DNA of 57,342 bases, filler included, from an uncultured virus (IMG/VR IMGVR_UViG_2049941000_000905) (30 parts of one record of this genome joined end to end with filler, not necessarily neighbours in it); one strand, 5' to 3'; positions 41,445 through 54,390 are shown, numbered from the whole stretch's first letter. Notes: generated by a model from the letters alone, not told the origin. Program-made: numbers and translations.

Positions 41445-41690
41445 GTCATCCGGGAAGCGGATCTCCTTCGCCGCGGTCTCGGGCAGATACAGGCGAACAG
41501 CGGACCCATCAGCGGGAACCTGTTCGTCCAGATGGGCGGCTTCCGTCGGTTCCTCTTCGGGCTCCGGCTCCGGAGGTTCGCTTTCGGGCCGTTCTTCTTT
41601 TTCCTGGGCTGGAAGCTGACTTTCCATGATCCTGGTACAGCCGGAGACGGAGAACAGCAGGGCAAGCAAAAATGCGGCGAATCTTTTCAT
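41445..41690 (-). CDS. lipoprotein N-terminus
   Basis: MKRFAAFLLALLFSVSGC lipobox, Glu/Pro linker. Confidence 0.7.
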
Positions 41691-42099
41691 AATCCCTCAC
41701 AAATCAAACAGCGGTATAAACGGGAAGGGCGGAAGCTGAGCCTTCTGCTTTTCCAGTTATGCAGCCATAAACGGTGTTTGCACTGGATGTTGTCACAACA
41801 CACGCTCTTTGCATTGATGAATTCTTGATATTCTTTCCTTTATAGTCTGGAAGAGCTAATCTTCCGCCCACCTAGGAGGTGTGTATGAATAATATAGAAT
41901 ACAGTAGCGACGCTAATGCCCAGGCAAGGAAATTGTGCTATAGCGATTTAGTAGTACAGCTGGATCGGCTGCTTACTGAGGGTGCAGACCCAAATTTGTG
42001 CATAGAGTGTGTGTGCTCAATGCCGCAAGAAACGACAAAGTGTCAAAAAGCGGAAAACTCATGGTGATGTATCGATAATAGTGATCCATTGCTGAATCT

Positions 42100-42267
42100 C
42101 TCGATAACGACACCCGCATCGAAGAACAGTCTGAGCTTGCTTATTATCTCAAAGTCAAATATGATGGTGTAGACAAAGAGGGCGTACAGTCTAATGATGC
42201 CACGATGGCAAAAGTCAATAGTGGACGCATTAAAGTTACGGATAAAATCCCAGATGGGTTGACCTTC
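42100..42267 (+). CDS. fragment of a pilin-like/isopeptide (DUF11-like) domain surface protein
   Basis: LAYYLKVKYDG...IKVTDKIPDGLTF; probably the same gene as 40567. Confidence 0.5.
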
Positions 42268-42367
42268 NNNNNNNNNNNNNNNNNNNNNNNNNNNNNNNNN
42301 NNNNNNNNNNNTTAATTAATTAANNNNNNNNNNNNNNNNNNNNNNNNNNNNNNNNNNNNNNNNNNNN

Positions 42368-42826
42368 CCTCTGCAAAGTGATGGGGATCCTTCGCAGCAG
42401 CTTCTACGCCTGGAAGAAACGCCTTTCCCATCCGTCGGACAAGGAGAAAAACTTTCTGAACAGTATTCTGCTGTTTCAGGAATATCACCTGAAATATCCG
42501 TCCCACGGATACCGCTGGCTGAATGCCAAGATCCGGCTTGATACAGGACTTGTCCTTTCCGATCCGTATGCCCACAAATGCTGCAAAGCGGCGGGAATCA
42601 AGAGCAATTCCAAGCACTACCGGTACAAGAAGGCCGGGGAACCCGCCCGGATTTTCCCGAATCTTTTGCTGTCCGAAATGCAGATTGACAGGCCGATGCA
42701 GTGCATCGTAAGCGATATGACGGCTTTCTATGTGAAAGGCACATACTACGAACTGACGCTGTACATGGATCTCTGGAACAACGAGATTCTTGCGCATTCC
42801 CTTTCCGCAAAGCGCGGAGACCGCAT
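42368..42826 (+). mobile_element. IS3-family transposase fragment
   Basis: RSSFY.W, HGYRW, PNLL, VSDMT, YMDLWNNEI. Confidence 0.88.
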
Positions 42827-43117
42827 NNNNNNNNNNCTCTCGCAAGAATTGCTGTGTTCATACATTGCAGTGCTTTGTCTGGCAAAATTGTGTTTTTACC
42901 CTACGGAAAAACCTGATTCCGAGGGATCTCTCCCTCTTTTTTCATGTTTCCCTTACTTGTCTGTCATGTATGTCTCACATGCTTTCTTTCGAATTCATAT
43001 GATCCATTTCTCTCTTATTCGGTTTTCAATGAACATTCGCCCTCATCGGGCTTCATGAACGCCTCAGTCTTCTCTCAGACGCTCGTGAAACTTGATGAAG
43101 TACTCTTCCCCGCTCCC

Positions 43118-43191
43118 TGGGCTCAAGTGGACTCGAACCACCGACCTCGCGCTTATCAGGCGCGCGCTCTAACCAGCTGAGCTATGAGCCC
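43118..43191 (-). tRNA. tRNA-Ile(GAT), in 16S-23S spacer context
   Basis: Full cloverleaf GGGCTCATAGCTCAGCTGGTTAGAGC..CTGATAA..GGTTCGAGTCC. Confidence 0.95.
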
Positions 43192-43290
43192 TTAAGTACG
43201 AGGAGCACGCGGCTTTCTTGAAAGAAAGCCTGGCAAAGAACTTTCATTGGGCTTCTTTCTCTCTCGCCTTTCCGTTCTCTCTTCCTTCGC

Positions 43291-43339
43291 TGGAGATGAG
43301 GGGATTCGAACCCCTGACCCCCTGCTTGCAGGGCAGGTG
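43291..43339 (-). tRNA. tRNA-Ala(TGC), 3' part
   Basis: CCTGC-CCTGCAA-GCAGG anticodon arm, GGTTCGAATCC T-arm. Confidence 0.9.
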
Positions 43340-44660
43340 NNNNNNNNNNTCCGACGGCGAGGCTGTCCGTTCGATCTGCTCATGAGTCCGTCGCCGTCGG
43401 CACGCCTTGCCCAGCGATTCCCGGAGTGATGTCAAGGGTGGCGGCAAGTCTGCACAATCACTCGTTTCACAGGTACACTTTTTCGTTTTTCGTGTCCAAT
43501 TTTGGTTGACAAGTACAAGGGGACGTCCCCTACCCCACGTCTGCCCAATTGCCCGGGCGGGGCGGAGAGAGGGAGGTTTTCCCGTCCGTTACCGCCCCTC
43601 TTCATCCCGGAGTACTTCCAACAGCCTTTTCTGCACCGCCCGGAGCATGTCCCTTTCCTGAGCGGAGTAGGAGTCCTCNNNNNNNNNNNNNNNNNNNNNN
43701 NNNNNNNNNNNNNNNNNNNNNNNNNNNNNNNNNNNNNNNNNNNNNNNNNNNNNNNNNNNNNNNNNNNNNNNNNNNNNNNNNNNNNNNNNNNNNNNNNNNN
43801 NNNNNNNNNNNNNNNNNNNNNNNNNNNNNNNNNNNNNNNNNNNNNNNNNNNNNNNNNNNNNNNNNNNNNNNNNNNNNNNNNNNNNNNNNNNNNNNNNNNN
43901 NNNNNNNNNNNNNNNNNNNNNNNNNNNNNNNNNNNNNNNNNNNNNNNNNNNNNNNNNNNNNNNNNNNNNNNNNNNNNNNNNNNNNNNNNNNNNNNNNNNN
44001 NNNNNNNNNNNNNNNNNNNNNNNNNNNNNNNNNNNNNNNNNNNNNNNNNNNNNNNNNNNNNNNNNNNNNNNNNNNNNNNNNNNNNNNNNNNNNNNNNNNN
44101 NNNNNNNNNNNNNNNNNNNNNNNNNNNNNNNNNNNNNNNNNNNNNNNNNNNNNNNNNNNNNNNNNNNNNNNNNNNNNNNNNNNNNNNNNNNNNNNNNNNN
44201 NNNNNNNNNNNNNNNNNNNNNNNNNNNNNNNNNNNNNNNNNNNNNNNNNNNNNNNNNNNNNNNNNNNNNNNNNNNNNNNNNNNNNNNNNNNNNNNNNNNN
44301 NNNNNNNNNNNNNNNNNNNNNNNNNNNNNNNNNNNNNNNNNNNNNNNNNNNNNNNNNNNNNNNNNNNNNNNNNNNNNNNNNNNNNNNNNNNNNNNNNNNN
44401 NNNNNNNNNNNNNNNNNNNNCTTTCCTGTCTTGGAATGAAAAAAGGCCAAACAGTATTTCCGAGGAAATGTGTTTGGCCTTCAACCAGAGCCTCACAAGG
44501 TCATTACCTCATGCAGCCCGTGGTTTCGTGTATTCAGTTTTTCACTGGGCTTAACCCAGCTTCCGATTTCATGTAGTTGGTTTAACAGTCAGTGCAGCGG
44601 CATGAGTTTCGCTATATCCGCCACCTGCTGTTGTTGTTTTTTTGCTTGCGTTCTGGACGT

Positions 44661-44692
44661 AAAAAAGCACCTCAAATTTCTTTGAAGTGCTT
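44661..44692 (-). terminator. terminator after tRNA-Ala(GGC)
   Basis: Minus strand AAGCACTTCAAA-gaaa-TTTGAGGTGCTTTTTT. Confidence 0.7.
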
Positions 44693-44703
44693 TCTTGAAT
44701 CCA

Positions 44704-44751
44704 TGGAGCATACGAGACTCGAACTCGTGACCCCAACACTGCCAGTGTTGT
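44704..44751 (-). tRNA. tRNA-Ala(GGC), 3' part
   Basis: CAACA-CTGGCAG-TGTTG anticodon arm, GAGTTCGAGTCTC T-arm. Confidence 0.85.
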
Positions 44752-44761
44752 NNNNNNNNNN

Positions 44762-44889
44762 CTCGGCGTTAAAACACCATAGGTTTTGACGCTCTCCGCC
44801 GTTTCCCTCATGGCGTCATCTTCCCGAACCTGAAACGGGTGCTCGGGAAATGCTTCAAGGTCCTTGATTTTGAGTATTTCGATTCTGTC
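44762..44889 (-). CDS. ParB-like N-terminal domain fragment (ICE/plasmid type)
   Basis: LEAFPEHPFQVREDDAM.ETAESVKTYGVLTP. Confidence 0.75.
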
Positions 44890-44900
44890 NNNNNNNNNNA

Positions 44901-45004
44901 ACGTATATCAGCGGGTTGAAAGACCTGATCGAGCTGAAGAAGGAGCATCCCGAGTACCGGATGATCCTCCATTCGGATCAGGGATCGGTTTATGCCTCCA
45001 AGGC
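44901..45004 (+). mobile_element. IS3-family transposase fragment
   Basis: ILHSDQGSVYAS; continues the 42368 fragment. Confidence 0.8.
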
Positions 45005-45075
45005 NNNNNNNNNNACAAGAATACCAAGTGATCATGGAACTGTCCGGTTCGTTCCCGGTCAAGGTNNNNNNNNNN

Positions 45076-45374
45076 AAGCTCATGAAAGGAAGGCCGGAAA
45101 GCCCCGCCGTCAGAACGCCGCGCAGAACGGTCCGCAGATAGAACCACTCCCGCAGCTGATCCCCCGCCCACAGGAAGGGATACCGCTGTGCTCCGATCCC
45201 GCCTCCGCGCGAGAAATTCATGCCTCCGCCCGGCAGAGCGCTGTAATAGCGGTACATCAAAGCGTTGTAGAGAGTCGGATACCAGTGATGCGCGCCGGAG
45301 GTCTCCCGTCCGTCGTAAAAGATCAGTTCTTCATCGTCCGGGAACAGTTCGCAGAAATCGATTTTCGATCCGCG
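45076..45374 (-). CDS. GH31 glycoside hydrolase fragment
   Basis: HHWYP, FSRGGGIGAQRYPFLWAGDQ, LTAGLSGLPFMS. Confidence 0.8.
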
Positions 45375-45474
45375 NNNNNNNNNNNNNNNNNNNNNNNNNN
45401 NNNNNNNNNNNNNNNNNNTTAATTAATTAANNNNNNNNNNNNNNNNNNNNNNNNNNNNNNNNNNNNNNNNNNNN

Positions 45475-45933
45475 ACGTGCTCTTCACACTCGGTTTCCCT
45501 CCGGCTCCGGTCCTTAAGACCTTAACCTCGCTGCATACAATAACTCGCCGGACCATTCTACAAAAGGTACCACATCGCGCCTTAACGCGCTTTGTGTGCT
45601 TGTAAACATATGGTTTCAGGTTCTTTTCACTCCGCTCCCGCGGTTCTTTTCACCTTTCCCTCACGGTACTTCTCCGCTATCGGTCATTGGGTAGTATTTA
45701 GGCTTGGATGATGGTCCACCCGTCTTCTCTGCGGATTCCTCGTGTCCGCAGATACTCCGGATACCGCTCGCTCTCCTCCGTTTTCACCTAAGTGACTCTC
45801 ACACGCTCCGGTGCGCCTTCCCATGCGCTTCGGTTAACTTGGAGATACGGTGTGCGGTCCTTACCCCGGAAGCATTGCTGCTCCCGGTTTGGCCTCCTCC
45901 GCGTTCGCTCGCCACTACTTGCGGAATCTCGTT
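45475..45933 (-). rRNA. rrl: 23S rRNA fragment (5' region), variant A
   Basis: TTTCACCTTTCCCTCACGGTACT and CGTTCGCTCGCCACTACT conserved motifs. Confidence 0.95.
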
Positions 45934-45965
45934 NNNNNNNNNNNNNNNNNNNNNNNNNNNNNNNN

Positions 45966-46446
<481 letters not shown>

Positions 46447-46546
46447 NNNNNNNNNNNNNNNNNNNNNNNNNNNNNNNNNNNNNNNNNNNNTTAATTAATT
46501 AANNNNNNNNNNNNNNNNNNNNNNNNNNNNNNNNNNNNNNNNNNNN

Positions 46547-47105
46547 ACAGAAAGATGAGCACCTCCCGGGCGTGCATGACGGCATCCGCCCCGGCCTCTC
46601 CGCTCCGCGCGCACGAGAGGATCGACAGCGCCTGCCGCTCGCACTCCTCCGCGATCCGTCCCGCTCGCTCGCCCGCATCGATCCGGCCGTTGTCCGACAC
46701 CACGAGCGAGAGCCCGAGGCTCATGCAGTTTTCCAGCAGCGCGATGCTGCCCGGGTATTTCGCCACACCCGCGAGGAGCTTGTCGTAGGCGGCGAGGGCC
46801 GTCTCCGGCTTCCCCGGCTGTATGTCGCGGAAAGCGTCGGTGAGGATGCGAAACGCCTCCTCGGTCTCCGCACGTCCGTCGAGGCCGAAGAGGACGTCGG
46901 TCGTGGTGCCGAAGACGCTCGCGAGCGGCACAATCTGCGAGATATCGGGCATCCCCGTCTCGTTCTCCCACTTGCTGACGGCCTGCGCGGTGACGTTCAG
47001 GCGCAGGGCCAGTTCCTCCTGCGTCAGATTTCTCTCGAGCCGGAGCCGCCGGATATTCTTCCCGAGACTTCCCGACGGCCTTGCGTCCGGTGTCATGATT
47101 TCCAT
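46547..47105 (-). CDS. XRE-family HTH regulator, truncated
   Basis: LGKNIRRLR....LTQEELA..LNVTAQAVSKWE...MPDI. Confidence 0.9.
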
Positions 47106-47283
47106 ATCGATTCTCCTTTTTCTTTGTTTTTTGTATCGGTTCTGCGGATCCGCATCCTCAGTATAGCACATCGGGACGCCCGTGAGAAGCGACGCGTCGG
47201 CAAGGCCCCCTCAACGTTCTGTTGTATGGAAAAAGACCGCGCAGCGCACGGTCTCGCGTCCGGATGGACAGAGGTCCTCCCGG

Positions 47284-47643
47284 TTATATCGTTCTTCCGG
47301 CAAAATACAGTCTGCCGGGGACGGATTCTACATATTCCTCGACCGGGCCGCAGAAGAGCATCTCGTCCGAGAGGTGGAGCACCGTCCCGTCCACGGCGTC
47401 GCGGTCGACGATCACGATGGCGACACGTCCTTCGTCCCGGATGCGCGCGATCTCGTCGTACATCTCGTCCTTCGCCCGCGCGTCGAGCCCCTTCATCGGC
47501 TCGTCGAGGATGAGCAGCCGTTTCGCCCCGCAGAGCGCACGGGCCAGGAGCGCCTTCTGCCGCTGACCGCCGGAGAGATCCCCGAAGCGGCGTTTCGCGA
47601 GAGCCGTGAGACCCATCCGCTCCATCGCATCGGCGGCGAGCGC
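47284..47643 (-). CDS. metal ABC transporter ATP-binding protein, C-terminal part
   Basis: LSGGQRQKALLARAL, LLILDEP. Confidence 0.8.
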   Translation of the reverse strand, partial: ALAADAMERMGLTALAKRRFGDLSGGQRQKALLARALCGAKRLLILDEPMKGLDARAKDEMYDEIARIRDEGRVAIVIVDRDAVDGTVLHLSDEMLFCGPVEEYVESVPGRLYFAGRTI

Positions 47644-47653
47644 NNNNNNNNNN

Positions 47654-47882
47654 ACGTAGACGCGGAGGGTGACGAACTTCTTGCCCTTGGAATCGGTCTG
47701 GACGTCCGCCTCCTGGATCGTCCGGAGATTGGACGAGGTGGAGGACTTGGCCGTGACGGTGCCGCGGCTGTTGACGGTCAGGACTTCGATGTCGATGCTG
47801 TCGGAATACTTCGAGAAATCGTCGGAATAGAGCTTCTTCACGGAGCCGTTTCTCGACTGGGTGTACTGGATGAAGTCGATGT
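47654..47882 (-). CDS. allelic variant fragment of the S-layer protein
   Basis: Near-identical to about 51482-51711. Confidence 0.8.
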
Positions 47883-47892
47883 NNNNNNNNNN

Positions 47893-48538
47893 TCGTGCTC
47901 TTCACACTCGGTTTCCCTGCGGCTCCGATCCTTCAGATCTTAACCTCGCTGCATACAATAACTCGCCGGACCATTCTACAAAAGGTACCATATCGCGCCT
48001 TAACGCGCTCTATGTGCTTGTAAACATACGGTTTCAGGTTCTTTTCACTCCGCTCCCGCGGTTCTTTTCACCTTTCCCTCACGGTACTTCTCCGCTATCG
48101 GTCATCGGGTAGTATTTAGGCTTGGATGATGGTCCACCCGTATTCTCTGCGGATTCCACGTGTCCGCAGATACTCTGGATACTGCTCGCTCCTCTTCCGT
48201 TTTCACCTACGTGGCTCTCACACCCTTCGGCGCGCCTTCCCATGCGCTTCGGTTAACTCAAGGATACGTCTTGCAGTCCGAACCCCGGAGATATTGCTAC
48301 CTCCGGTTTGGCCTCTTCCGCTTTCGCTCGCCACTACTCGCGGAATCTCGTTTGATTTCTCTTCCTCCGGGTACTTAGATGTTTCAGTTCCCCGGGTTCC
48401 CCGCATATACCTATTGATTCAGCATATGCTCCGCGATTCTTCATCGCGGGGGTTCCCCCATTCGGAAATCTGCGGGTCAAAGCTCATTTGCAGCTCACCG
48501 CAGCTTATCGCAGCTTGTCACGTCCTTCGTCGGCTCCC
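47893..48538 (-). rRNA. rrl: 23S rRNA fragment (5' region), variant B
   Basis: GGTACTTAGATGTTTCAGTTC and CCCCATTCGGAAATC conserved motifs. Confidence 0.97.
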
Positions 48539-48638
48539 NNNNNNNNNNNNNNNNNNNNNNNNNNNNNNNNNNNNNNNNNNNNTTAATTAATTAANNNNNN
48601 NNNNNNNNNNNNNNNNNNNNNNNNNNNNNNNNNNNNNN

Positions 48639-49726
48639 GCGGTTGGCGTAGAATGCAGGATCGATCCCGGTCGACGCGAAGATGTCCATCCAGCCATCGT
48701 AGGAGAATGTGTCCTCCCACGCGTCGAACCGGACGTGACGGCGGAGCGCCTCTTCCAGCGCACGTCCGAGTCTGCGGTCCCCGCGCGCGAACACCGCTTC
48801 GATGCGGGACACCGTCGCGTCGTGATAGTTGTACCGGACCTTGCGGTCGGTGATCTTCGCCGACAGGAAGCTCTGCTTTTCCTCGAGCTCCTCGGGGAGA
48901 TTCTGCCGCTCCCACTGGAAGGGCGTGTGCGGCTTCGGGATGAAGCACGCGACGGACAGGGTGACCTGCGGCTGGCGGGCCTTATTCCTCCCCGGCGTGC
49001 GGTAGTATTCGTCCACAACGTGCGAGGCGAGGGTCGCGATCCCCGCGATGTCCTCGTAGGTCTCGCCCGGGAGGCCGTCCATGAAATACAGCTTGATCTG
49101 ATTCTTCCCGGCTTCGTACGCGACGCGGCAGGCCCGGAGGATTTCCTCTTCCGTGATGTTCTTGTTGATGATGTCGCGCAGCCGCGGGGTCCCGGCTTCC
49201 GGCGCGAAGGTCAAGGTCGAAGAGCGCACGGAGGAGATCTTGTCCATCAGCTCCTTCGTGAAGGAGTCGGCGCGCATGGACGGCAAGCTGAGATTGACCA
49301 TGGCATCGTCGGTCCAGCCGAGGAGAAGATCGGTCAGCTCGCTGATCTTGGTGTAGTCGGAGATCGAGAGGGACGAGAGGGAGATCTCGTCGTAGCCGGA
49401 GTTTTCGATCATGGTCTTCGCGATGCAGTTGAGGGTCTCGGGCGTTTTTTCGCGCACCGGGCGGCATACCATGCCCGCCTGACAGAACCGGCAGCCGCGC
49501 GTGCATCCGCGGAAAACCTCGATGGTCACGCGGTCGTGCACGGTCTCGATGTTCGGCATGACGGGATCGAGCGGGACGTAGCACTTGTCGAAGTCTTCNN
49601 NNNNNNNNNNNNNNNNNNNNNNNNNNNNNNNNNNNNNNNNNNNNNNNNNNNNNNGCCCGTCTCACCGCCGGTATAGCGCCCGGGCTTCTGAACGTTGGCG
49701 ATAAAGCTGCGGATGTCTTCTCTCAT
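48639..49726 (-). CDS. TIGR03960-like B12-binding radical SAM protein (gapped)
   Basis: VQKPGRYTGGE N-terminus, RGCTRGCRFC, TFAPEAG, FIPKPHTPFQW. Confidence 0.9.
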
Positions 49727-49867
49727 GCTGGATTCCTTCAATCAAATACAAAAGATAGGCGATACGGTCGTTTTCGTTAAGTATAGCATGCCCGGCGCGG
49801 ATTTGTCAAGAGAGCGGGCAAAACAAAAAAAGGAGCGCGCGGTCCAGAGACAGCACGCTCCCGGCGT

Positions 49868-50335
49868 TCATTCGTTTTCGAGGTTTCCGAGGAGCTTGTA
49901 CAGAAGATCGTACAGGGTCTTGGCTTCGTCCTCTTCGAGCTTCACGGATCCGCCGATCTTCGCGGGGATGCCGACAGCCTTGTCCTTCAGGGAACGGCCG
50001 GTGTCCGTCAGGTCCACGATAACCACGCGTTCGTCTTCCAGATTTGGTAGNNNNNNNNNNNNNNNNNNNNNNNNNNNNNNNNNNNNNNNNNNNNNNNNNN
50101 NNNNNNNNNNNNNNNNNNNNNNNNNNNNNNNNNNNNNNNNNNNNNNNNAGCGGGAGCGGGAGATGAAGCCCTTCGCCTCGAGGCTCTTCAGGACGGGGGT
50201 CAGCGTGCCGCTGTCAAGATGCAGGCGCTTGCCCATCTCTTTCTCGGTGATCGGATCGGTCTCCCAGAGCACCATCATCACAAGGTACTGCGTGTAGGTG
50301 AGGTTGAGATCCGTCAGCATGGGGTGATAAAGTTT
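49868..50335 (-). CDS. MarR/OhrR-family regulator (gapped)
   Basis: [31 protein letters not shown]. Confidence 0.88.
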   Translation of the reverse strand, partial: KLYHPMLTDLNLTYTQYLVMMVLWETDPITEKEMGKRLHLDSGTLTPVLKSLEAKGFISRSRXXXXXXXXXXXXXXXXXXXXXXXXXXXXXXXXXLPNLEDERVVIVDLTDTGRSLKDKAVGIPAKIGGSVKLEEDEAKTLYDLLYKLLGNLENE

Positions 50336-50435
50336 NNNNNNNNNNNNNNNNNNNNNNNNNNNNNNNNNNNNNNNNNNNNTTAATTAATTAANNNNNNNNN
50401 NNNNNNNNNNNNNNNNNNNNNNNNNNNNNNNNNNN

Positions 50436-52501
50436 CTCTGCGCTCCAGAATTCGCCGATCTTGTTCGCGTCGGGGATGCTCAGGGTCACATTGGCAACAC
50501 TCGGCTTCTTCCCCATGAGAAGTGCGTAGCGGTACATGATGATGTACATCTGCTGGTGCGTGATATTGTCGCGCGGTCCGAAGGTGCCGTCGCCGTAGCC
50601 GAGGATCAGACCGTTGGCGGTCGCCCAGTTGATGTACGGAACGGCGTACTTGATGTCGCCCATGTCATAGCTGACGTCGGTGAAATCGGAGTTGGTGCCG
50701 TAGATGCGGAGGACGGCGGCATCCTTCTCTTCGGTCGTCGTGTAGTCGGAGAAGTACATTCTGCCGAGGGTCGTGACGAACTGGGNNNNNNNNNNTTCTT
50801 CATCGTGTAGGTCGCCACGCCGGTGGTCGCGTTCACGGTGTAGGCGCTGTTGCTCGAAGACGTCGTGGATACAGTCGTCGTGCCGAGCTTCACGGTGTCG
50901 ATCTGATAATTCTCGTTCGGCGTGATCGTGAAGGTGATGTCGTTGCCGTGCGCGATGGAAACTTCATTCTTGCTGTTGGCCGCGGGCTTCGCCGTGACCT
51001 TGCCGTTCGTCACATCCGCGATCTTCACGGTGTAGAGACCGGGAACCTCATCGCGTCCGAGGTCGGAATCGAAGGTGAGGGTCTCGCCCTTGTCGATGAG
51101 GAGGGTCTCGTCGAGATCGTAGTATTCAAACTTCGAGGTCGTCGAGGCGGTGTTGGTCACGCTCACGGTGTACTTGTTGCGGGAGCTGACGCCGATGGTC
51201 GTGGAGTAGAACGTGAGGTTGTGGCCGTTGAGGTCGATGGAGATGTAGCGCTCGGGATCGTAGTCGCTGTAGTTCTTCGTGACCTTCTGGTCCTCGCCGA
51301 GGCGGATGTTGTAGGTGCCGGAGGTTCTCGACGCATAGGAAGTCAGCGCGGAATCGCCGTCTTCGATGGCATCGAGGGCGTCCATGATGTCGTCATAGTA
51401 GGTGAGAAGGGTGCTGCCGTAGTATACGGACACGCCGCCCAGATCGCCGACCGAGACGTCAACATCGAAGTCTTCTCTGCCGACGTATACGCGGAGGGTG
51501 ACGAACCTCTTGCCCTTCGAATCGGTCTGAACGTCCGCTTCCTGGATGGTGCGCAGGTAGGAGGACGTCGAGGACTTCGTCGCTACCGTGCCGCGGCTGT
51601 TGACCGTCAGAACTTCGATGTCGATGGCTTCCGAATACTTGGAGAAGTCATCGGAATAGATCTTCTTCACGGAGCCGTTTCTCGACTGGGTGTACTGGAT
51701 GAAGTCGATGTCCGTCGTGGCAAAGCGGTACCCGACCGGATAAGCGGTCTTCTCCATCTGAACATTCACGATCTCGTAGAGCTCGAGCGAAGACTTGTTC
51801 GCGGTGATTGTCAGATCGGAGAACGTGAAGGTTCTCGTGAAATTCTGGCCTTCGTACGTATAATTGAACGGGATCTCGAGTTTGGTCTTGCCGACATCGG
51901 AATCCTTGATGGTGTAATTGAAAATGTTGGTCAGATCACTGTCCTTGAGGGTCTTCTTGGTCTCGTTGCCCAGCTTGATATAGATGGTCATACCCTCTGC
52001 ATTGAACTTGTCACCGGACTTATAGGTCGTGTTCTTGAGCTTGCTCGCAGAGTCGAGTTCAAGGGTGTATTCCTTCGGCTTGACGGTGATGTCTTTCGAC
52101 GCGCTCTTTCCGCCATAGGTGACNNNNNNNNNNNNNNNNNNNNNNNNNNNNNNNNNNNNNNNNNNNNNNNNNNNNNNNNNNNNNNNNNNNNNNNNNNNNN
52201 NNNNNNNNNNNTCGGCGTGATGGAATAGCCGGTGCCGCCGGAGATCTCGGCGAAAGTGCCGTCGTTGTAGGTGACCTTGATCTTGATTTCAGAGAGTGTG
52301 TCGCCGACGGTGAATTCCTTGCGGGTATCGGTGATTTCGATCTTATCCACGCCGAAGGATTCTACGGTCACAGTGACGTTCGTTGAAACGCCGGCGTATG
52401 TCACCACGACCGTCGTATCGCCCACGTCGAGTTTCCCGCCGGGTGTCCAAGAGCAGTTCGACGTCGTGAGGGAAATGTTTTCGTCCTTTTCGTTGTTGTT
52501 A
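50436..52501 (-). CDS. S-layer homology domain surface protein with Ig-like domains (several fragments)
   Basis: INWATANGLILGYGDGTFGP.DNIT SLH motif; KTTYKSGDKF and Big-like repeats. Confidence 0.8.
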
Positions 52502-52600
52502 NNNNNNNNNNNNNNNNNNNNNNNNNNNNNNNNNNNNNNNNNNNNTTAATTAATTAANNNNNNNNNNNNNNNNNNNNNNNNNNNNNNNNNNNNNNNNNNN

Positions 52601-52993
52601 NAAAACCTTTTGTCTTCCTCGTTGAACGGACGCACTGAGCAATATCCGCGGAAGAAAGCGTTTACAAGGTCTTCGTCTGAAAAGGATCTGTCCAGAGGAT
52701 ACTCCATCTGGCGGGCGACAAAAAAGCCTTGCATGACGGCGTCACAGAAGAGTACACAGTCTCCGGCATTGTTGAAGTCGAAGAATCCGATTCCCCCGTC
52801 GGACATGAAAAAGCAGTTGCACATGCTGATATCCCCTTGCACCGCATATCTCGGACGCAGGCGCAGAGGCTCAAGCTCTGCCATGATCCGCCGGTACTCC
52901 TCCGCGATTTGCCGGTGCAGGAAAAGGTTTTCTCCGGCCAAACGGTCACTCAGCGAAAGAAACTCCAAAGCGGAAAAGAGCTCGTTATCCTCG
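52601..52993 (-). CDS. APH/homoserine-kinase-like phosphotransferase, C-terminal fragment
   Basis: VQGDIS.CN and FFDFN motifs. Confidence 0.75.
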
Positions 52994-53003
52994 NNNNNNN
53001 NNN

Positions 53004-53576
53004 GCGAGGGTGGGTTCGAGCGCGCAGAGGACCGCCGTCATCCCGAGGCCCCAGAGAAGCCCGAGCGCGATGATGACGAATGCGCGGTAGAGGGTCTCGT
53101 CCTTCAGCTTCTTTCCGAAAGCCGCAGGTTCTTCCCCCGTCGCGGCAGACCGCAGGGAGCAGAAGAGCACGAAGACCGTCGTGGTTTTCATGCCGCCGCC
53201 CGTCGAGCCGGGGTTCGCACCGATGAACATGAAGACGCACATGATGAGAAGGCCCGCGTTCGTAAAGCCGGACATGGGGAAGGTCGCAAATCCGGCGGTC
53301 CGGGCGGTGACGCTCGAAAAGAACGCGCCGAGCCACGTGATCCCCCGCCCTTCGGTGATTTTGAAGAGGATCGTCCCGCCGACGGTGAGGATGGACGTCA
53401 TGAAGAGGACGACCTTCGTATGCAGCGTGAAGGGCTTGCCGCGCTTATGCGTGAGGAGCTCGCGGATGACGAAGAAGCCGAGGCCGCCCGCGAGGATGAG
53501 GGCCACGGTGACAAGGTTGAAATAGAAGTCGCCCAGATCGGAAGAGCGGTTCAGCAGGAATGCCGAGACCGATATC
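53004..53576 (-). CDS. Trk/KtrB potassium uptake membrane subunit fragment
   Basis: GGLGF, SVTARTAGF, MFIGANPGSTGGGMKTTT. Confidence 0.9.
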
Positions 53577-53676
53577 NNNNNNNNNNNNNNNNNNNNNNNN
53601 NNNNNNNNNNNNNNNNNNNNTTAATTAATTAANNNNNNNNNNNNNNNNNNNNNNNNNNNNNNNNNNNNNNNNNNNN

Positions 53677-54152
53677 AAAGGATCAAAAAGTACTCTGTTC
53701 GGGACATGACATTCTCGCTCCTCCGACACATTATGAGAACGGGCGAGAAGCGCTCCCATTTTTTCCGCGGTCTCCACGTCAACGAATCGGACCTCATTTT
53801 CCATAAAGGCCTCTGCCGTAACGAAAACGGCTCGACCGTCGATCTGCGCGCGTAGGACGAATTGGTTTTCTCCGGCAACGGGGAGTATCCGCGCCGTAGG
53901 GATGCCGCTTTCAGCCAGTGTCTCCGAAAACCTGCATTGACTCTCGAAAACCGTTTCAGACACATCACGGTCGTCTTTGATTTTGACGACCAACGGGGGA
54001 AAACCGTCCAGCGTCACCTTGACGATTACACGAAGCCGACCGTCCTCATCGTCGTCGTCATATTTCTGAAGTTCTTCCACCTTCAACAACGACGCATTCA
54101 TTCCATATTTTCGAAGAAGATTGCTTACATCTTCTAATGTGTATGAAAACAT
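53677..54152 (-). CDS. phosphotransferase, N-terminal part
   Basis: VVKIK, L.ESGIP, MGALLARSH; probably the same gene as 52601. Confidence 0.7.
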
Positions 54153-54249
54153 AGAAACTCACCTTCTTTTCTTTGCCCCGCACCGCTTATCCGATCGGGA
54201 TCTCCTCCTCCGCTCTTGAAACGGCGGCGGTTTTCTTCCNNNNNNNNNN

Positions 54250-54390
54250 TCGTGTCCGCAGATACTCTGGATTCTGCTCGCTCTTTTTCCGTTTTCGCCT
54301 AAGTGGCTCTCACACTCTCCGGCGCGCCTTCCCATGCGCTTCGGCTAACTCAAAGATGCTTGGTGCAGTCCTTACCCCGGTGATATTGCT
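54250..54390 (-). rRNA. rrl: 23S rRNA fragment, variant C
   Basis: Homologous to about 45741-45880 and 48159-48298. Confidence 0.9.

Noticed and set aside
43500..43560. AGGGGACGTCCCCT palindrome as REP-like element
   Set aside because: Single copy with no associated transposase in view; insufficient support
46572..52228. Long antisense ORFs opposite XRE, radical SAM and S-layer genes
   Set aside because: Shadow frames caused by high GC at third codon positions
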